DNA of 64,000 nucleotides from Naegleria gruberi (lineage: Eukaryota): assembly GCA_000004985.1 (NCBI GenBank), contig GG738904.1; one strand, given 5' to 3'. This document shows positions 55,239 through 64,000 of the stretch, one piece after another. Position 1 is the stretch's first letter; the number at the start of each line of letters is the position of its first letter. A program made the translations under genes and the position numbers. Below the pieces are notes generated by a model that had not been told where the DNA came from, ran no database searches, and worked only from the letters and a program-made list of their open reading frames with translations.

Positions 55239-56928
55239 ATGGCTTTAAGCGAAATTATTTTGGGAATTGTTTGCGTTTTTGCTGCAATTCTTCTCTTCTT
55301 CCTCATTTCAATTTATAATAATTATAAGAAAGTGAGTCACATTCCAGGTGCTTTCCAATTCTTCTTGACTTTTAAGAATATTCCAATCATTTCACCTTAT
55401 TTGAGTTTCGATGGACACAAGAGAATGGAACAATTGGTCAAAACTCACGGAGATCCAAAAACTGGACTTGTCAGATTATCCATGTTCGATAGAAATATGG
55501 TTGTAGTTTCAGATAGAGACATGTTGAAGGAATTGTTGGTCGTTAAGGGTGGAATTTTCATCAAATCTTGGAAATTATATGAAGTTTTCAATGCTTTCGG
55601 CAAGAATATCTTATCAATTCTCGATGGTACCAGTGATTCATGGAAAAATCATCACAAAGTAGCTTCAGGTGCTTTTGCTTCTAAAAATTTGGAATACATG
55701 TCAAGAGTTGCCTCAAAATCTTTGGATTTGTGTAAGGAAAGTAAATGGGATGGTGAAATGGAAAAGGCATTGAAGGAAGGAAAGGAAGGTATTATTATTG
55801 ATACCAATGCTGATTTTAGTGATATTACTTTGGGTAAGTTTCGAATTTTGACATTGTCATGTTGACCTTTCGAATAATAGACGTTCTTGGTAAGGCTGCT
55901 TTCGGTTTGGACTTTTCCATCTTTGATGAAACTAACCCAGAAGGTAGAATTTTCAGAAAATCCCTCGAAAAGATGTTTACCACTGGTGTAATCTTAAAAC
56001 GTTTCGTCGGATTAAATCCAGTCCTTTCCTGGGCTTTCCCATGGGCTTGCAAATATACTGGTTTAGATAAGGCAGTAAAAGTTGTGAGTGATAAGTTGGA
56101 TGCAATCATTGCGGAAAGAACTCGTGAAGTAGAATTGCGTGGAATGGAAGATGGAAACACATCCGAAACTGGTGTTGAAGAAAGAAAGGATTTGTTGAGT
56201 GTTTTGGTTGAAGCCAATTTCATTCAAAAGGGAATCTTGTCAGGTGATGAACTCAAATCTGACGCTTATATCTTTTCGCTTGCTGGGTATGTATTCGAAT
56301 TTTAAACTATTTGTCCTAATTTATTTTCATAGACATGAGGTTCGTATTTGCAAATTTACAATTTTTTGTAATGATTTTTTTATTTGAAATTTTAGACAAC
56401 TTCAACAACTTTACAATGGGTTTGTTACGAATTATCAACAAAACCAGATATTCAAAATAAGATTCGTGAAGAGATTGATTTACATCTCGGAAAGGGTGTA
56501 AATGCCAGAGCTCCAAACTTTGACGATTATCCAATTATGAACTATGTCAATGCTGTCATTATGGAAACTGCAAATAGAAGTGATCGAAACTGGGATAAAC
56601 CTTTAGAATTCATTCCAGAAAGATATCCAATGAATGCTGAAGAACAATTGAGAATTCAACATGATTTCACTTGGATTCCATTCTCTATGGGTAATCGTAA
56701 ATGCATTGTAAGTACTTTTTGAAAATTTCACAAGTTTACAAAATTTTTCAGGGTTTCAAGTTTGCTCAAATTGAAGCTTTTACAATTCTTGTAAGATTAC
56801 TTCAATTCTATGAATTAGGATTGGATAATGATGAATCTAATCCAAAGGATCAAATTGTTGATGTTCCTGGCGTTACAGTTCGTCCAGGAAATTGTAGAAT
56901 TATTCTCAAACCAAGAAAGGATCTTTAA
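55239..56928 (+). CDS. Cytochrome P450 paralog, 5 exons including a 7-nt micro-exon: 55239-55833, 55881-56286, 56333-56339, 56396-56707, 56752-56928. It lacks the K-helix/ExxR segment and may be a pseudogene or a divergent P450.
   Basis: ...YIFSLAG|HE|TTSTTLQWVCYEL...FSMGNRKCIG|FKFAQIE. The micro-exon ACATGAG is flanked by GTATGT..ATAG and GTTCGT..TTAG introns. Relative to 39234-39842 about 38 aa are missing (LHPPVV...HLYGED), which leaves METANRSD where ExxR should be. Confidence 0.55.
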
Positions 56929-57579
56929 TTTCGAATACAATTTTGTAAATAGTAAAAATAAATAAAATAATTTAATTCATAATATTGTTGATGATACAGT
57001 GGAGGTTGAAAATGCAATTACAAGTTGTGGTTGTTTGAAAATTTATGGAGCTTGTCAGAGGGTAAATACTGACATGTACAGTTGACAAGATCTTGAGTAA
57101 TAATGAAGATCTTTTGGAGTTTAGAATCAATTTTGTTAACACTTACAATTGGATGTTTCTCATCCTCTTCGATCTGAGCTTTACAGCAAGTAATATTTCC
57201 AAAAATAGCTATTGTTTGCAATGTTAAAAAAATTAATGAGACACATTTTCGATATTTTGTTTAAAATTACCTCAAATGCAAGGTGGAAAAACAAAATTAT
57301 TTCTTTTAAGGTCTAAGTGTTTCATAATATGTCTGTTGCCAACAACCTGCCAATCCACTACAAATTAAATCTGCACAGCTTTTGAAAATAACATTTTGCG
57401 TCTAAACCACACGCCCCAACAAAAAAAATGCAACAAACAAGAATGCTTCACTCATCACCCAACCATTCCCACAACACCAACAACAAAAAAATCACAATAT
57501 TAATTCATCATGAGCAAAGGTATAAACAAATCATCAGTAAGTAACCATATAAACAAGTACTCTAATAATTATAAAAGAA

Positions 57580-58389
57580 CACTAAGAAGAAAACTAACAC
57601 CAAGACAACTGTGAAGAAAACCAACACCAAGAACACTGTGAAGAATACCAATACCAAGAACACTGTGAAGAACACTGTGAAGAACACCAATAAGAAGAAT
57701 ACCATCAAAAAGAAGAATCCAAAGCGTAAGTGTTATTGTTATTTATTAATTTACTAACATTGTTAATAGTTGCTCGGGAAGTTGTCAATTACACAACTGT
57801 GAATGCCAAATGGTTCCTTTATGCTCCAACCACCACCGAAAGTGGTTTCAAAGCTACATTTATTCCAGTCAGTGGTCCATTTAACAGAGTTGAAGAAATG
57901 AAACGAGTTGCTTGTTTGCAAATGTTTTGTGAAAGTTGTGCTATAACTTTGGGTTTTTATTTGGATCCAAGTATGTTCAAAAGATTTCAAACTGGTATTC
58001 GTATTGCATCATTGAAACCTGAATGGTTCTCTCATTATTTCGAGTCATGTGGTGGAAAAATGAAAAACAGAGTTCAATATATTCGTTACAATGGTCACAG
58101 TTTGAGTATTACTTGTCCTTCTTATGAATTCTATGGTTTGGAAAATATGCCACCTTTGAATTGTAATGGTAGTTATGCAAGCACGGTTTTTCAAGTTTCC
58201 CAACCAATATTGATGAACCATCCATTTCAACCACACTTTAAATGGATTGAACAGTGGAAATTTGTTTACAGATTGTATTTCTCTAAACTCGTATTTATAT
58301 GCAATCCAGTAACGAATATGGTTTCAGTAGATTTGGAATTTACAAAGGATGTACAAAGTATGGATTGTACTGGTTTCCAAATTGTTTAA
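57580..58389 (+). CDS. Hypothetical protein. An upstream exon encodes K/T/N-rich 7-aa repeats (DNA 21-bp tandem repeats, 57580-57724), then intron 57725-57771, then main exon 57772-58389. The start codon was not resolved.
   Basis: Open frame KNTKKKTNTKTTVKKTNTKNTVKNTNTKNTVKNTVKNTNKKNTIKKKNPK, then GTAAGT...TACTAAC..AATAG and LAREVVNYTTVNAKWFLYAPTTTESGF.... The 21-mer is ACCAAGAACACTGTGAAGAAT, 4-5 times. Confidence 0.4.
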
Positions 58390-58399
58390 TAAATAATTT

Positions 58400-58879
58400 T
58401 TATTCATTAAAATCAATTAATGACAAGTCACATTCTTCTCGTTTCAATTTCAAGAATAGCACATTATTGAACTTGAATGGATTTTCTGCTAAATTGTCTG
58501 TTGTATCAACATGAACAAATAAAGACTTGAAGGCTCTATTTTCTGCATACAAAATTGAATTTAAAGAGTAAAGTTTTAATCTTCGGGTTGCAGAGGGTAA
58601 ATCAAATACTTCACGTAGAATTTTCAAATATTTAGTATCTGTAAATTCTACAACACCTTCATCCTCATCAATTCCATAATCAATCAAAGTTCTTTTTAAT
58701 TCATCCATTAGAGCTCTTGGATTAACAATAGATGGTTTCATAACACAATTCGGAATATACAGATGATCATAAAATTGATCATCTGTAATTTCTTCTCCTT
58801 CACAACAAATCATAACTACGGGCAATTCGTAAATGGTGTTATAAATAGGAATTATATTGGCTTCAGCAACACGAGGCAT
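58400..58879 (-). CDS. Hypothetical protein (about 159 aa from MPRVAEAN...), divergent from the H3-variant gene
   Basis: The ORF track extends it to 59005, but that extension overlaps the conserved 80-bp element and the H3-variant start. The internal Met at 58877-58879 is more plausible. Confidence 0.4.
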   Translation of the reverse strand: MPRVAEANIIPIYNTIYELPVVMICCEGEEITDDQFYDHLYIPNCVMKPSIVNPRALMDELKRTLIDYGIDEDEGVVEFTDTKYLKILREVFDLPSATRRLKLYSLNSILYAENRAFKSLFVHVDTTDNLAENPFKFNNVLFLKLKREECDLSLIDFNE

Positions 58880-58887
58880 TTTGTCAG

Positions 58888-58966
58888 TTAAAATATTTGA
58901 TCGTCGATTCCCCGTGCCAGTGTTGTGGTAGTAAAAGTGATTCCGTAATCGACTCTCAAAAAAACT
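58888..58966. repeat. Conserved element of about 80 bp with an internal hairpin (copy 1). It fills the 92-bp divergent promoter between gene 58400-58879 (-) and the H3-variant gene (+).
   Basis: TTAAAATATTTGATCGTCGATTCCCCGTGCCAGTGTTGTGGTAGTAAAAGTGATTCCGTAATCGACTCTCAAAAA. Copy 2 lies at 62542-62617. Confidence 0.8.
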
Positions 58967-58971
58967 GAAAA

Positions 58972-59532
58972 ATGACTCAAACTTCTTCATCAACAGCAGA
59001 AACATCTACAGAAACCTCGGAAGTTCCAAACAACACATCAACCAAAACACCATCAACAACACCATCAAAAACACTATCAAAAACATCAACCAAAACACCA
59101 TCAAAAACATCAACCAAAACACCATCAAAAACACCAAGAAAAACACCAAGAAAAACACCAAAAAAAACACCAGCAAAGAAATCTGCAAAAAAACCATTCA
59201 CAGGAGGAATTAAAAAGCCACACAGATATAGACCAGGTACTGTAGCTTTAAGAGAAATCCGAAAGTATCAAAAAAGCACTGAATTATTGATAAAAAAAAA
59301 ACCTTTTTGTAGGTTGGTGAGAGAAGTTGCTCAAGATTACAAATCTGATGTTAGATTTCAAGCGAATTCACTCCTTGCACTTCAAGAAGCAGCTGAGGCA
59401 TTTATTATTGATATTTTTGAGGATACTAATCTTTGTGCCATTCACTCCAAAAGAGTTACTATTTTGCTCAAAGATATGCAACTTGCATTAAGAGTAAAAG
59501 GTGTTAATTATATTGGTTTATTAAATAAATAA
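58972..59532 (+). CDS. Histone H3 variant with a canonical histone fold and a long divergent T/S/P/K-rich N-terminal tail built from TPSKT repeats
   Basis: Histone fold: [97 protein letters not shown]. The tail: [45 protein letters not shown]. Confidence 0.8.
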   Translation: MTQTSSSTAETSTETSEVPNNTSTKTPSTTPSKTLSKTSTKTPSKTSTKTPSKTPRKTPRKTPKKTPAKKSAKKPFTGGIKKPHRYRPGTVALREIRKYQKSTELLIKKKPFCRLVREVAQDYKSDVRFQANSLLALQEAAEAFIIDIFEDTNLCAIHSKRVTILLKDMQLALRVKGVNYIGLLNK

Positions 59533-59565
59533 TATTAATCATCATCATTTAATATCTTTAAAAAA

Positions 59566-62545
59566 ATGTCTTGTACTTTAGAAGATATTTTTCAAGACAC
59601 ACAATTCAAAAAGTTCAACGATAAAGGAAAACCGTATTGTGAAGGAGTTGTACATTTAAAACAAGAAGACTTATACAAATTTTTAGGAATAAAAGAAGTT
59701 AAAAAGAAAAGGATATTAGAAACCTCCGAATTAAATCGATGTAAAAATGNNNNNNNNNNNNNNNNNNNNNNNNNNNNNNNNNNNNNNNNNNNNNNNNNNN
59801 NNNNNNNNNNNNNNNNNNNNNNNNNNNNNNNNNNNNNNNNNNNNNNNNNNNNNNNNNNNNNNNNNNNNNNNNNNNNNNNNNNNNNNNNNNNNNNNNNNNN
59901 NNNNNNNNNNNNNNNNNNNNNNNNNNNNNNNNNNNNNNNNNNNNNNNNNNNNNNNNNNNNNNNNNNNNNNNNNNNNNNNNNNNNNNNNNNNNNNNNNNNN
60001 NNNNNNNNNNNNNNNNNNNNNNNNNNNNNNNNNNNNNNNNNNNNNNNNNNNNNNNNNNNNNNNNNNNNNNNNNNNNNNNNNNNNNNNNNNNNNNNNNNNN
60101 NNNNNNNNNNNNNNNNNNNNNNNNNNNNNNNNNNNNNNNNNNNNNNNNNNNNNNNNNNNNNNNNNNNNNNNNNNNNNNNNNNNNNNNNNNNNNNNNNNNN
60201 NNNNNNNNNNNNNNNNNNNNNNNNNNNNNNNNNNNNNNNNNNNNNNNNNNNNNNNNNNNNNNNNNNNNNNNNNNNNNNNNNNNNNNNNNNNNNNNNNNNN
60301 NNNNNNNNNNNNNNNNNNNNNNNNNNNNNNNNNNNNNNNNNNNNNNNNNNNNNNNNNNNNNNNNNNNNNNNNNNNNNNNNNNNNNNNNNNNNNNNNNNNN
60401 NNNNNNNNNNNNNNNNNNNNNNNNNNNNNNNNNNNNNNNNNNNNNNNNNNNNNNNNNNNNNNNNNNNNNNNNNNNNNNNNNNNNNNNNNNNNNNNNNNNN
60501 NNNNNNNNNNNNNNNNNNNNNNNNNNNNNNNNNNNNNNNNNNNNNNNNNNNNNNNNNNNNNNNNNNNNNNNNNNNNNNNNNNNNNNNNNNNNNNNNNNNN
60601 NNNNNNNNNNNNNNNNNNNNNNNNNNNNNNNNNNNNNNNNNNNNNNNNNNNNNNNNNNNNNNNNNNNNNNNNNNNNNNNNNNNNNNNNNNNNNNNNNNNN
60701 NNNNNNNNNNNNNNNNNNNNNNNNNNNNNNNNNNNNNNNNNNNNNNNNNNNNNNNNNNNNNNNNNNNNNNNNNNNNNNNNNNNNNNNNNNNNNNNNNNNN
60801 NNNNNNNNNNNNNNNNNNNNNNNNNNNNNNNNNNNNNNNNNNNNNNNNNNNNNNNNNNNNNNNNNNNNNNNNNNNNNNNNNNNNNNNNNNNNNNNNNNNN
60901 NNNNNNNNNNNNNNNNNNNTTACATACTGTTCACACAAGAAAACAGAATGATAAAGTATGTGTAGATAAATTACCAGAAAAAGTAATGATTAAATTGTCA
61001 ATGGATGGTAGAGAATTTGGAAATTTACGAACAGTTGTAGTTACTTTGAATATTTTAAATTTACATTTATTCGGAACACAAGAAAGAGACTGTGTTTTCC
61101 CAATTCTAATGTATATAGGTGAAGAGAAAGATATTATTAATTATATAACTGAAATTGAAAAAGAAGTTATTGAACTTTCTACCAAACATATTACTATCAA
61201 AGAAAACGAGCATGATGCTACACTATCACTTGAAAATACAACCCAAACAATTCCATTAGAATTCTATTGGGTGAGTGATTTAAAATCACTTGAATATTGT
61301 TCATTATTGAAAGAACATGCTATGTTTTGTCCTTTCTGCAACATTAAGAAACAAAATTCATTGTCTGGGATTTGTTCTGAAAATAGTAGAAATTTACAAC
61401 ACAAAATGGGTGTTAAATCATCCAATATTTTCATATGCATTTTGCATATGGATGAACGAATTACTGAATATATTTTGAAAATGACCTTAAAAACTTCGGA
61501 ACTTGAAAAGCAAATGAAAACCAATATTTGTTCATTAGAAGGTTTTGCTGATTTTAATTTTCATTCATCAAGTGTTTTAGTGAAAGATACAATCGAAGAA
61601 GAAAATGCTCTCACAGTTAAGGAATATTCATTTATGTTATCTGGCGGGCATTGTAATAAGCTTTTTGGATCTTTTGATAAAGTTTTTGGATTTTTGAAAG
61701 ATTCAAACTCAAATATGTATAATATTTGGAAAAAATACAAATCAATTAGACAGTGGTTGTATTATACAAATGAAGATTTGGAAAAGAAATCATTAAAGGA
61801 TTGGGAAAATTTTGATTCTGAGTTAAATGAATGGAGATTGCTTTTTGTTCTACAAAAAGCTGATAGTGGAAGAATAGGAGATTACATTCATATTGCCACT
61901 GCACATCTTTATGACTTGCTTTCAACTTATGGAAGTCTGGTTCCTCTTTCAAATCAAGGTGTAGAAAGTTCTCATCAATTAGATTGTTTGATTATGGAAA
62001 GAGGGACAAGTAAGGGTAAAATGTCTATTGGTACCAAAAAAGCTCAAGCTGGCTCCTCAAAACCAAACGTGGAAACTGTATCCAAACCTGCTTCCCATAC
62101 TCTTGAGTCTAGTGATCTTGATAATGAGCAAGAACATAAGGAATTTAATTATGAATCATTTATTAAGAAGACAGAATCTTGTGACTGGAATGATTTATTC
62201 CAAGTTTGTCAAATCATGCTGAAGAAACTTAGAAAGTTGTATTTATCTTTTACTTGTGAAGAAGTACTATTTGTCCGGTTAGAAAGAAGGACTGGTAAGG
62301 TAATAAGAAAAGATTGGACAAGAGACATTTTAACTATGTCTCCCAACTTTACTCTGCCTATCCGAAAACCAACCAATGTTCTCATTCAAAAACCAGATAA
62401 CATTAACACTGAAGTGATATCTCCACAGCTTGCTCCATCCCAAGATGTTCCTAAAAGAACAGTTGAACTCAAACAATCCCAGGAATATGGATTGGTTGTG
62501 AATGGTGATGATGATGGGTTGATGAATGATGATGTCTTCTATTAA
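59566..62545 (+). CDS. Large protein interrupted by a 1.17-kb N gap (59750-60919). It may be related to Mutator-superfamily transposases, judged from one C-terminal motif.
   Basis: The open frame before and after the gap shares frame continuity only by assumption. The post-gap 540 aa include CPFCNIKK...ILHMDERI and ...IATAHLYDLLSTYGSLVPLSNQGVESSHQLDCLIME (compare the Mutator/IS256 E-motif SNxxxESxN/H). The call is weak. Confidence 0.3.
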
Positions 62546-62617
62546 AAATATTTGATCGTCGATTCCCCGTGCCAGTGTTGTGGTAGTCAAAGCGATTCCG
62601 GAATCGACTTTCAAAAA
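62542..62617. repeat. Conserved 80-bp element, copy 2, with a perfect 9-bp stem GTCGATTCC (62558-62566) / GGAATCGAC (62600-62608). It starts right at the stop codon of gene 59566-62545.
   Basis: TTAAAAATATTTGATCGTCGATTCCCCGTGCCAGTGTTGTGGTAGTCAAAGCGATTCCGGAATCGACTTTCAAAAA, about 90% identical to 58888-58966. Confidence 0.8.
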
Positions 62618-63038
62618 TTCAATAAAATGTGCCATCAAATAAAATTTTATCAAAGGCCTTTATTGTTAGAAATAATAATTATTATTTAAATATTAAACAT
62701 TGTTACTTCATATAATCAAATTAAAAGCATGTTAAATGTTTAATATATAACAAATAATAACTGTAATAATCGGAATTGTAAAATTCTGGAAGATTTTAAA
62801 CAGTAGTGGTTTTAATTGGTTCAAAAAGTGGCAAAAAAAAATTTGGCGCAAAGAGCGGTCGACAATTTGTCGAGTCTTGCTGAATGGTTATTTTCAACTC
62901 TAGATTTGTAGTGTGAAAAGCAAACATTCAATTTCAAAATCTCTTTTACCCGAATGGCCTTTTGCGGTTAGAGCTCGTTATCACGCACTTGCTCAAGAAT
63001 CATTTTGAAAAAAAAACTTTACGAAACTTGCCTAAACC

Positions 63039-64000
63039 ATGAACGAAACAGAATGCAAGGATTGCGTCTCGGATAACCACAGCAAAGTTTCCAGCGCAAG
63101 CACATCCAACCTTTCCAACATTACCACAACCTCTGTAGGCTCTCTAGAATTATTCGAAACCATGATTGTCCAACCGATTGGCCATTCGATTCTTCAACTT
63201 TCGTCCAAACACAAAATTCTCATCATTTCCATTAAATGGTTTGGTTGTCCAATGTGCCAAAAATTAATCGACAATCTCGATGAATACCTCCCTTCTTTAC
63301 TAATGCTCAACATTATTCCTGTCATTTGCCATCAAGAAGACGAAACCAAATTTGGAAAGCACATTTCACATACGAAACTGTTTCATTGTAAAATTTCAAC
63401 ACAAGCCAAGAGGATGCTGTTGATTGACAAGGCAAGTGTTGTAAAGCACATGAAAGCCATGCCAACGATTTTGAAATTACTTGTCAAGGAAAAGAGAAAA
63501 TTATTTTTGCCTTCGCTGTCAGAAATCAAAGATATGGAGCTGGTGTCAACTTTTGGGATGCATATTGTGAGGAATGGACAAGTGGAGACTAGTTATTTTT
63601 ATAAGAATTTGTTGGATAGACCTGATTTGGGTCAGTTTGTGTTTAATCTTTCGAATAGAAAAGAAGAAACGATTCAGGAAGAAGGAGATGATAAGGAAAT
63701 GGTAATTTCGTATAAGAAGAGTGAAATTGAAGAAGTGGAGCAGTTTTTACCTAATCTTATCAAGCTATACCCAGATTTGAAGAAAGTTTTTTCATCAATT
63801 CGGCAAAAACGAGTTCAATTACCTTCTAGTGAACTTTCGAATAATTTACAAATAGGTCAGCCAACCTCCTCCACACCAACCTCACCTACCCTTCAAGTTC
63901 CACAGCCAGCTAACGGCGGTAGACCTTCCACATCATCAGTTGGCTCATCCTCTTCCTCAATTTCCACATCTTACATTAGCATGTCAAATGTCCTCGAAAA
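63039..64000 (+). CDS. Thioredoxin-fold protein with a GCPMC (CxxC) motif, peroxiredoxin-like/AhpC-TSA-like. It is 3'-partial at the window edge.
   Basis: ORF from ATG 63039, open to the end of the window: ...HKILIISIKWFGCPMCQKLIDNLDEYLPSLLMLNIIPVICHQ.... It is not in the supplied ORF track because it has no stop in the window. Confidence 0.5.
   Translation, partial: MNETECKDCVSDNHSKVSSASTSNLSNITTTSVGSLELFETMIVQPIGHSILQLSSKHKILIISIKWFGCPMCQKLIDNLDEYLPSLLMLNIIPVICHQEDETKFGKHISHTKLFHCKISTQAKRMLLIDKASVVKHMKAMPTILKLLVKEKRKLFLPSLSEIKDMELVSTFGMHIVRNGQVETSYFYKNLLDRPDLGQFVFNLSNRKEETIQEEGDDKEMVISYKKSEIEEVEQFLPNLIKLYPDLKKVFSSIRQKRVQLPSSELSNNLQIGQPTSSTPTSPTLQVPQPANGGRPSTSSVGSSSSSISTSYISMSNVLE

Noticed and set aside
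58880-59005. N-terminal 42-aa extension of minus-strand gene 58400-59005
   Set aside because: The extension is encoded by the conserved 80-bp element and overlaps the H3-variant start codon region. The internal Met (58877-58879) is the more plausible start.
1-64000. Search for tRNA genes, rRNA and CRISPR arrays
   Set aside because: Visual scanning found no GGTTCGAATCC-type T-arm or cloverleaf candidates, and no rDNA-like segment. CRISPR is not expected in a nuclear eukaryotic genome, and no regular repeat-spacer array is present. The GGTACC minisatellite has no unique spacers.

Overview
This is a nuclear eukaryotic chromosome-end scaffold. It is AT-rich, has short GTAAGT..AG introns, and encodes N/Q/S-rich low-complexity proteins. 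By inference it comes from an amoebozoan or dictyostelid-like genome; it is not prokaryotic, so operon and CRISPR logic do not apply.

The window opens with a terminal (CCCAAA)n telomere tract at 1-303. It has three large N gaps: 985-6105, 7514-13723 and 59750-60919. A second telomere tract in the same orientation lies inside the window at 13724-14153. The subtelomeric part (6.1-19.4 kb) holds the 3' end of a non-LTR retroelement ORF, a 5' fragment of an F-box-like gene, and a cluster of three trypsin-fold serine-protease paralogs, two of them a near-identical tandem pair.

The rest is gene-dense housekeeping and signalling content: an RGS+START gene, a sucrose/SLC45-type transporter, malic enzyme, a sirtuin, cathepsin B, a WS/DGAT acyltransferase, an F-box/LRR gene, a 7TM-RGS gene, a histone H3 variant and two cytochrome P450 paralogs.

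The most unusual locus is at 33.1-39.9 kb. A P450 gene is split exactly at its I-helix codons (AGHE|TT) by an insertion of about 5.1 kb. The insertion is flanked by a duplicated CATGAG. It carries a hypothetical ORF, a KpnI-palindrome minisatellite, an acidic-protein gene and, divergently from that gene, a gene encoding three Myb/SANT repeats fused to a two-motif LAGLIDADG endonuclease-like domain. A P450 K-helix fragment sits just inside the insertion's right end.

A second P450 paralog at 55.2-56.9 kb is uninterrupted at the same site. There the His-Glu codons sit on a 7-nt micro-exon; the same paralog lacks the K-helix/ExxR segment.

The H3-variant gene and a large gene with a Mutator-like 'SNQGVESSH' motif are bracketed by an 80-bp direct repeat that contains a hairpin.

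All calls rest on reading the sequence and on motif recognition. No database search was run.
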